Assembly (NCBI GenBank): GCA_964016885.1
Contig: OZ024744.1
Location: 105,276,001-105,340,000 of the forward strand
Direction: 5' to 3'
From: Eledone cirrhosa
Taxonomy: Eukaryota
DNA: 64,000 bases
A model generated the notes under the pieces. It made no database searches, was not told the origin of the DNA, and saw only the letters and a program-made list of their open reading frames with translations. Shown here in pieces: positions 56,051 to 64,000 of the stretch. Position numbers and translations under genes: made by a program. The number at the start of each line of letters is the position of its first letter. Position 1 is the stretch's first letter.

Positions 56051-59000
56051 ACAGTTGTATGCCGTCTATGACTAGTCTGTGTCTACGGTTGTATGCCGTC
56101 TATGACTAGTCTGTGTCTACAGTTGTATGCCGTCTCTAACTAGTCTGTGTCTACGGTTGTATGCCGTCTATGACTAGTCTGTGTCTACGGTTGTATGCCG
56201 TCTATGACTAGTCTGTGTCTACGGTTGTATGCCGTCTATGACTAGTCTGTGTCTACAGTTGTATGCCGTCTATGACTAGTCTGTGTCTACGGTTGTATGC
56301 CGTCTATGACTAGTCTGTAGTCTACAGATTTATGCCGTCTCTGACTAGTCTGTGTCTACGGTTGTATGCCGTCTATGCCTGGTCTGTGTCTACGGTTGTA
56401 TGCCGTCTATGACTAGTCTGTGTCTACAGTTGTATGCCGTCTATGACTAGTCTGTGTCTACGGTTGTATGCTGTCTATGACTAGTCTGTGTCTACTGCTG
56501 TATGCAGTCTATGACTAGTCTGTGTCTACGGTTGTATGCAGGCTATGACTAGTCTGTGTCTACGGTTGTATGCCGTCTATGACTAGTCTGTGTGTACGGT
56601 TGTATGCCGTCTATGACTAGTCTTTGTGTACGGTTGTATGCCGTCTATGACTAGTCTGTGTCTACGGTTGTATGCCGTCTATGACTAGTCTGTGTGTACG
56701 GTTGTATGCCGTCTATGACTAGTCTGTATCTACGGTTGTATGCCGTCTATGACTAGTCTGTGTGTACGGTTGTATGCCGTCTATGACTAGTCTGTGTGTA
56801 CGGTTGTATGCCGTCTATGACTAGTCTGAGTCTACGGTTGTATGCCGTCTATGACTAGTCTGTGTGTACGGTTCTATGCCGTCTATGACTAGTCTGTGTC
56901 TAGGGTTGTATGCCGTCTATGACTAGTCTGTGTGTACGGTTGTATGCCGTCTATGACTAGTCTGTGTATACGGTTGTATGCCGTCTATGACTAGTCTGTG
57001 TCTACGGTTGTATGCCGTCTATGACTAGTCTGTGTCTACAGTTGTATGCCGTCTATGACTAGTCTGTGTCTACGGTTTTATGCCGTCTATGACTAGTCTG
57101 TGTCTACAGTTGTATGCCTTCTCTGACTAGTCTGTCTCTACGGTTGTATGCCGTCTATGACTAGTCTGTGTCTACGGTTGTATGCCGTCTATGACTAGTC
57201 TGTGTCTACGGTTGTATGCCATCTATGACTAGTCTGTGTCTACAGTTGTATGCCGTCTATGACTAGTCTGTGTCTACGGTTGTATGCCGTCTATGACTAG
57301 TCTGTGTCTACAGTTTTATGCCGTCTCTGACTAGTCTGTGTCTACGGTTGTATGCCGTCTATGACTGGTCTGTGTCTACGGTTGTATGCCGTCTATGACT
57401 AGTCTGTGTCTACAGTTGTATGCCGTCTATGACTAGTCTGTGTCTACGGTTGTATGCCGTCTATGACTAGTCTGAGTCTACGGTTGTATGCAGTCTATGA
57501 CTAGTCAGTGTCTACAGTTGTATGCCGTTTATGACTAGTCTGTGTGTACGGTTGTATGCCGTCTATGACTAGTCTGTGTCTACAGTTGTATGCCGTCTAT
57601 GACTAGTCTGTGTCTACAGTTGTATACCGTCTATGACTTGTCTATGTCTACAGTTGTATGCCGTCTATGACTAGTCTGTGTCTACGGTTGTATGCCGTCT
57701 ATGACTAGTCTGTGTCTACGGTCGTATGCCGTCTATGACTAGTCTGTGTCTACGGTTGTATGCTGTCTATGACTAGTCTGTGTCTACTGCTGTATGCAGT
57801 CTATGACTAGTCTGTGTCTACGGTTGTATGCAGGCTATGACTAGTCTGTGTCTACTGTTGTATGCCGTCTATGACTAGTCTGTGTGTACGGTTGTATGCC
57901 GTCTATGACTAGTCTTTGTGTACGGTTGTATGCCGTCTATGACTAGTCTGTGTGTACGGTTGAATGCCGTCTATGACTAGTCTGTGTCTACGGTTGTATG
58001 CCGTCTATGACTAGTCTGTGTGTACGGTTGTATGCCGTCTATGACTAGTCTGTGTCTACGGTTTTATGCCGTCTATGACTAGTCTGTGTCTACGGTTGTA
58101 TGCCGTCTATGACTAGTCTGATCCACGGTTGTATGCCCTCTATGACTAGTCTGTGTCTACGGTTGTATGCAGTCTATGACTAGTCAGTGTCTACGGTTGT
58201 ATGGCGTCTATGACTAGTCTGTGTCTACGGTTGTATGCCATCTATGACTAGTCTGTGTCTACAGTTGTATGCCATCTATGACTAGTCTGTGTCAACAGTT
58301 GTATACCGTCTATGACTAGTCTGTGTCTACGGTTGTATGCCGTCTATGACTAGTCTGAGTCTACGGTTGTATGCCGTCTATGACTAGTCTGTATGTACGG
58401 TTCTATGCTGTCTATGACTGGTCTGTGTCTAGGGTTGTATGCCGTCTATGACTAGTCTGTGTGTACGGTTGTATGCCGTCTATGACTAGTCTGTGTATAC
58501 GGTTGTATGCCGTCTATGACTAGTCTGTGTCTACGGTTGTAGGCCGTCTATGACTAGTCTGTGTGTACGGTTGTATGCCGTCTATGACTAGTCTTTGTGT
58601 ACGGTTGTATGCCGTCTATGACTAGTCTGTGTGTACGGTTGAATGCCGTCTATGACTAGTCTGTGTCTATGGTTGTATGCCGTCTATGACTAGTCTGTGT
58701 GTACGGTTGTATGCCGTCTATGACTAGTCTGTGTCTACGGTTGTATGCCGTCTATGACTAGTCTGATCCACGGTTGTATGCCGTCTATGACTAGTCTGAT
58801 CTACGGTTGTATGCCCTCTATGACTAGTCTGTGTCTACGGTTGTATGCAGTCTATGACTAGTCAGTGTCTACGGTTGTATGGCGTCTATGACTAGTCTGT
58901 GTCTACGGTTGTATGCCATCTATGACTAGTCTGTGTCTACAGTTGTATGCCATCTATGACTAGTCTGTGTCAACAGTTGTATACCGTCTATGACTAGTCT

Positions 59001-61399
59001 GTGTCTACGGTTGTATGCCGTCTATGACTAGTCTGTGTGTACGGTTGTATGCCGTCTATGACTAGTCTATGTGTACGGTTGTATGCCGTCTATGACTAGT
59101 CTGTGTGTACGGTTGTATGCCGTCTATGACTAGTCTGTGTGTACGGTTGTATGCCGTCTATGACTAGTGTGAGTCTACGTTTGTATGCCGTCTATGACTA
59201 GTCTGTATGTACGGTTCTATGCCGTCTATGACTAGTCTGTGTCTAGGGTTGTATGCCGTCTATGACTAGTCTGTGTGTACGGTTGTATGCCGTCTATGAC
59301 TAGTCTGTGTATACGGTTGTATGCCGTCTATGACTAGTCTGTGTCTACGGTTGTAGGCCGTCTATGACTAGTCTGTGTCTACAGTTGTATGCCCTCTATG
59401 ACTAGTCTGTGTCTACGTTTGTATGCCGTCTATGACTAGTCTGTGTCTACGGTTGTATGCCGTCTATGACTAGTCTGTGTCTACAGTTGTATGCCGTCTA
59501 TGACTAGTCTGTGTCTACGGTTGTATGCCGTCTATGACTAGTCTGCGTCTACAGTTTTATGCCGTCTCTGACTAGTCTGTGTCTACGGTTGTATGCCGTC
59601 TATGACTGGTCTGTGTCTACGGTTGTATGCCGTCTATGACTAGTCTGTGTCTACAGTTGTATGCCGTCTATGACTAGTCTGTGTCTACGGTTGTATGCCG
59701 TCTATGACTAGTCTGTGTCTACAGTTGTATGCCGTCTCTGACTAGTCTGTGTCTACGGTTGTATGCCATCTATGACTAGTCTGTGTCTACGGTTGTATGC
59801 CGTCTATGACTAGTCTGTGTCTACGGTTGTATGCAGTCTATGACTAGTCTGTGTCTACGGTTGTATGCCGTATATGACTAGTCTGTGTCTACGGTTGTAT
59901 GCCGTCTATGACTAGTCTGTGTCTACGGTTGTATGCCGTATATGACTAGTCTGTGTGTACGGTTGTATGCCATCGATGACTAGCCTGTGTGTACGGTTGT
60001 ATGCCGTCTATGACTAGTCTGTGTCTACGGTTGTATGCCGTCTATGACTAATCTGTGTGTACGGTTGTATGCAGTCTATGACTAGTCTGTGTCTACGGTT
60101 GTATGCCGTCTATGACTAGTCTGTGTCTACGGTTGTATTCAGTATAAGACTAGTCTGATCCACGGTTGTATGCCGTCTATGACTAGTCTGTGTCTTCGGT
60201 TGTATGCCGTCTATGACTAGTCTGTGTCTACAGTTGTATGCCGTCTATGACTAGACTGTGTCTACAGTTGTATGCCGTCTATGACTAGTCTGTGTCTACG
60301 GTTGTATGCCGTCTATGACTAGTCTGAGTCTACGGTTGTATGCCGTCTATGACTAGTCTGTGTCTACGGTTGTATGCCGTCTATGACTAGTCTGATCCAC
60401 GGTTGTATGCCGTATATGACTAGTCTGTGTGTACGGTTGTATGCAGTCTATGACTAGTCTGTGTCCACGGTTGTATGCAGTCTATGATTAGTGTGATCCA
60501 CGGTTGTATGCCGTCTATGACTAGTCTGATCCACGGTTGTATGCCGTCTATGACTAGTCTGTGTCTACGGTTGTATGCAGTCTATGACTAGTCAGTGTCT
60601 ACGGTTGTATGGCGTCTATGACTAGTCTGTGTCTACAGTTGTATGCCATCTATGACTAGTCTGTGTCAACAGTTGTATACCGTCTATGACTAGTCTGTGT
60701 CTACGGTTGTATGCCGTCTATGACTAGTCTGTGTGTACGGTTGTATGCCGTCTATGACTAGTCTGTGTGTACTGTTGTATGCCGTCTATGACTAGTCTGT
60801 GTGTACGGTTGTATGCCGTCTATGACTAGTCTGTGTCTACGGTTGTATGCCATCTATGACTAGTCTGTGTCTACAGTTGTATGCCATCTATGACTAGTCT
60901 GTGTCAACAGTTGTATACTGTCTATGACTAGTCTGTGTCTACGGTTGTATGCCGTCTATGACTAGTCTGTGTGTACGGTTGTATGCCGTCTATGACTAGT
61001 CTGTGTGTACGGTTGTATGCCGTCTATGACTAGTCTGTGTGTACGGTTGTATGCCGTCTATGACTAGTCTGAGTCTACGGTTGTATGCCGTCTATGACTA
61101 GTCTGTGTGTACGGTTCTATGCCGTCTATGACTAGTCTGTGTCTAGGGTTGTATGCAGTCTATTACTAGTCTGTGTGTACGGTTGTATGCCGTCTATGAC
61201 TAGTCTGTGTATACGGTTGTATGCCGTCTATGACTAGTCTGTGTCTACGGTTGTATGCCGTCTATGACTAGTCTGTGTCTACAGTTGTATGCCGTCTATG
61301 ACTAGTCTGTGTCTACGGTTGTATGCCGTCTATGACTAGTCTGTGTCTACAGTTGTATGCCGTCACTGACTAGTCTGTGTCTACGGTTGTATGCCGTCT

Positions 61400-63200
61400 A
61401 TGACTAGTCTGTGTCTACGGTTGTATGCCGTCTATGACTAGTCTGTGTCTACGGTTGTATGCCGTCTATGACTAGTCGGTGTCTACAGATTTATGCCGTC
61501 TCTGACTAGTCTGTGTCTACGGTTGTATGCCGTCTATGCCTGGTCTGTGTCTACGGTTGTATGCCGTCTATGACTAGTCTGTGTCTACAGTTGTATGCCG
61601 TCTATGACTAGTCTGTGTCTACGGTTGTATGCTGTCTATGACTAGTCTGTGTCTACTGCTGTATGCAGTCTATGACTAGTCTGTGTCTACGGTTGTATGC
61701 AGGCTATGACTAGTCTGTGTCTACGGTTGTATGCCGTCTATGACTAGTCTGTGTGTACGGTTGTATGCCGTCTATGACTAGTCTTTGTGTACGGTTGTAT
61801 GCCGTCTATGACTAGTCTGTGTGTACGGTTGAATGCCGTCTATGACTAGTCTGTGTCTACGGTTGTATGCCGTCTATGACTAGTCTGTGTGTACGGTTGT
61901 ATGCCGTCTATGACTAGTCTGTGTCTACGGTTGTATGCCGTCTATGACTAGTCTGTGTGTATGGTTGTATGCCGTCTATGACTAGTCTGAGTCTACGGTT
62001 GTATGCCGTCTATGACTAGTCTGTGTGTACGGTTCTATGCCGTCTATGACTAGTCTGTGTCTAGGGTTGTATGCCGTCTATGACTAGTCTGTGTGTACGG
62101 TTGTATGCCGTCTATGACTAGTCTGTGTATACGGTTGTATGCCGTCTATGACTAGTCTGTGTCTACGGTTGTATGCCGTCTATGACTAGTCTGTGTCTAC
62201 AGTTGTATGCCGTCTATGACTAGTCTGTGTCTACGGTTTTATGCCGTCTATGACTAGTCTGTGTCTACAGTTGTATGCCTTCTCTGACTAGTCTGTGTCT
62301 ACGGTTGTATGCCGTCTATGACTAGTCTGTGTCTACGGTTGTATGCCGTCTATGACTAGTCGGTGTCTACAGATTTATGCCGTCTCTGACTAGTCTGTGT
62401 CTACGGTTGTATGCCGTCTATGCCTGGTCTGTGTCTACGGTTGTATGCCGTCTATGACTAGTCTGTGTCTACAGTTGTATGCCGTCTATGACTAGTCTGT
62501 GTCTACGGTTGTATGCTGTCTATGACTAGTCTGTGTCTACTGCTGTATGCAGTCTATGACTAGTCTGTGTCTACGGTTGTATGCAGGCTATGACTAGTCT
62601 GTGTCTACGGTTGTATGCCGTCTATGACTAGTCTGTGTGTACGGTTGTATGCCGTCTATGACTAGTCTTTGTGTACGGTTGTATGCCGTCTATGACTAGT
62701 CTGTGTGTACGGTTGAATGCCGTCTATGACTAGTCTGTGTCTACGGTTGTATGCCGTCTATGACTAGTCTGTGTGTACGGTTGTATGCCGTCTATGACTA
62801 GTCTGTGTCTACGGTTGTATGCCGTCTATGACTAGTCTGTGTGTACGGTTGTATGCCGTCTATGACTAGTCTGTGTGTACGGTTGTATGCCGTCTATGAC
62901 TAGTCTGAGTCTACGGTTGTATGCCGTCTATGACTAGTCTGTGTGTACGGTTCTATGCCGTCTATGACTAGTCTGTGTCTAGTGTTGTATGCCGTCTATG
63001 ACTAGTCTGTGTGTACGGTTGTATGCCGTCTATGACTAGTCTGTGTATACGATTGTATGCCGTCTATGACTAGTCTGTGTCTACGGTTGTATGCCGTCTA
63101 TGACTAGTCTGTGTCTACAGTTGTATGCCGTCTATGACTAGTCTGTGTCTACGGTTTTATGCCGTCTATGACTAGTCTGTGTCTACAGTTGTATGCCTTC
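61400..63200. repeat. 26-monomer (884 bp) tandem duplication
   Basis: CGGTGTCTACAGATTT at 61477 and 62361 (884 = 26x34), each followed by the same CCTGG, GCTG, CTGCTG, GCAGG, CTTTG, TTGAAT series. Confidence 0.8.
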
Positions 63201-64000
63201 TCTGACTAGTCTGTGTCTACGGTTGTATGCCGTCTATGACTAGTCTGTGTCTACGGTTGTATGCCGTCTATGACTAGTCTGTGTCTACGGTTGTATGCCG
63301 TCTATGACTAGTCTGTGTCTACAGTTGTATGCCGTCTATGGCTAGTCTGTGTCTACGGTTGTATGCCGTCTATGACTAGTCTGTGTCTACAGTTTTATGC
63401 CGTCTCTGACTAGTCTGTGTCTACGGTTGTATGCCGTCTATGACTGGTCTGTGTCTACGGTTGTATGCCGTCTATGACTAGTCTGTGTCTACAGTTGTAT
63501 GCCGTCTATGACTAGTCTGTGTCTACGGTTGTATGCCGTCTATGACTAGTCTGTGTCTACAGTTGTATGCCGTCTCTGACTAGTCTGTGTCTACGGTTGT
63601 ATGCCATCTATGACTAGTCTGTGTCTACGGTTGTATGCCGTCTATGACTAGTCTGAGTCTACGGTTGTATGCAGTCTATGACTAGTCTGTGTCTACAGTT
63701 GTATGCCGTTTATGACTAGTCTGTGTGTACGGTTGTATGCCGTCTATGACTAGTCTGTGTCTACAGTTGTATGCCGTCTATGACTAGTCTGTGTCTACAG
63801 TTGTATACCGTCTATGACTTGTCTATGTCTACAGTTGTATGCCGTCTATGACTAGTCTGTGTCTACGGTTGTATGCCGTCTATGACTAGTCTGTGTCTAC
63901 GGTTGTATGCCGTCTATGACTAGTCTGTGTCTACGGTTGTATGCTGTCTATGACTAGTCTGTGTCTACTGCTGTATGCAGTCTATGACTAGTCTGTGTCT

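Larger units (their letters stand above)
1..64000. repeat. 34-bp tandem satellite array, consensus ATGACTAGTCTGTGTCTACGGTTGTATGCCGTCT, about 1,880 copies, single orientation, runs off both window ends
   Basis: The monomer is read directly throughout (e.g. 4051-4084). GACTAGTC recurs every 34 bp, and most copies differ from consensus by 0-2 substitutions. Occasional 32, 33 and 35 bp units occur. No non-repeat sequence was seen. Confidence 0.99.

Noticed and set aside
1-64000. CRISPR array (repeat length 34 bp, internal palindrome)
   Set aside because: Monomers abut directly with no unique spacers, leader or cas genes.
1-64000. Repetitive protein-coding gene on the + strand
   Set aside because: 34 is not a multiple of 3, so every frame hits TAG and TGA within each 102 bp. 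The longest consensus ATG ORF is MPSMTSLCLRLYAVYD* (16 aa), a by-product of the repeat.
1-64000. Giant minus-strand ORF under TAG reassignment (consensus minus-strand stops are all TAG)
   Set aside because: Variants such as GTTTATG and GTCAGTG introduce TAA and TGA on the minus strand. 1-2 bp indels are freely tolerated and there is no sign of codon-position constraint.
1-64000. Rolling-circle or sequencing concatemer artefact, or synthetic DNA
   Set aside because: Variants are inherited in nested, order-preserving blocks with hierarchical divergence, unlike random read error on a single small template. Mis-assembly of individual blocks remains possible.
1-64000. Variant monomers as a functional code or diversity-generating cassette system
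   Set aside because: The order of variants is adequately explained by duplication history. No recombinase, reverse transcriptase or expression locus is present in the window.
1-64000. Embedded transposon, tRNA/rRNA or strand inversion
   Set aside because: No non-monomer sequence and no reverse-complement monomer (AGACGGCATACAACCGTAGACACAGACTAGTCAT) was seen on reading through. A very short insert could have been missed by eye.

Overview
The whole 64 kb window is one uninterrupted head-to-tail tandem array of a 34-bp monomer, consensus ATGACTAGTCTGTGTCTACGGTTGTATGCCGTCT (about 1,880 copies by 64000/34; consensus 47% GC, + strand 65% G+T). No unique sequence, gene, RNA gene, CRISPR spacer, transposon or inversion was seen, and neither array end is inside the window. 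It is best read as satellite DNA, probably eukaryotic; I do not recognise the family or organism. The informative signal is the order of variant monomers. These trace nested duplications (884, 986, 1,665, about 3,100, about 4,400-4,650, about 6,900 and 16,397 bp) built from a few recurring variant cassettes. The monomer itself looks like a diverged 17+17 bp dimer carrying two dyads. I found no support for a novel protein-coding system. All offsets were measured by eye from marker variants, so block edges are approximate.
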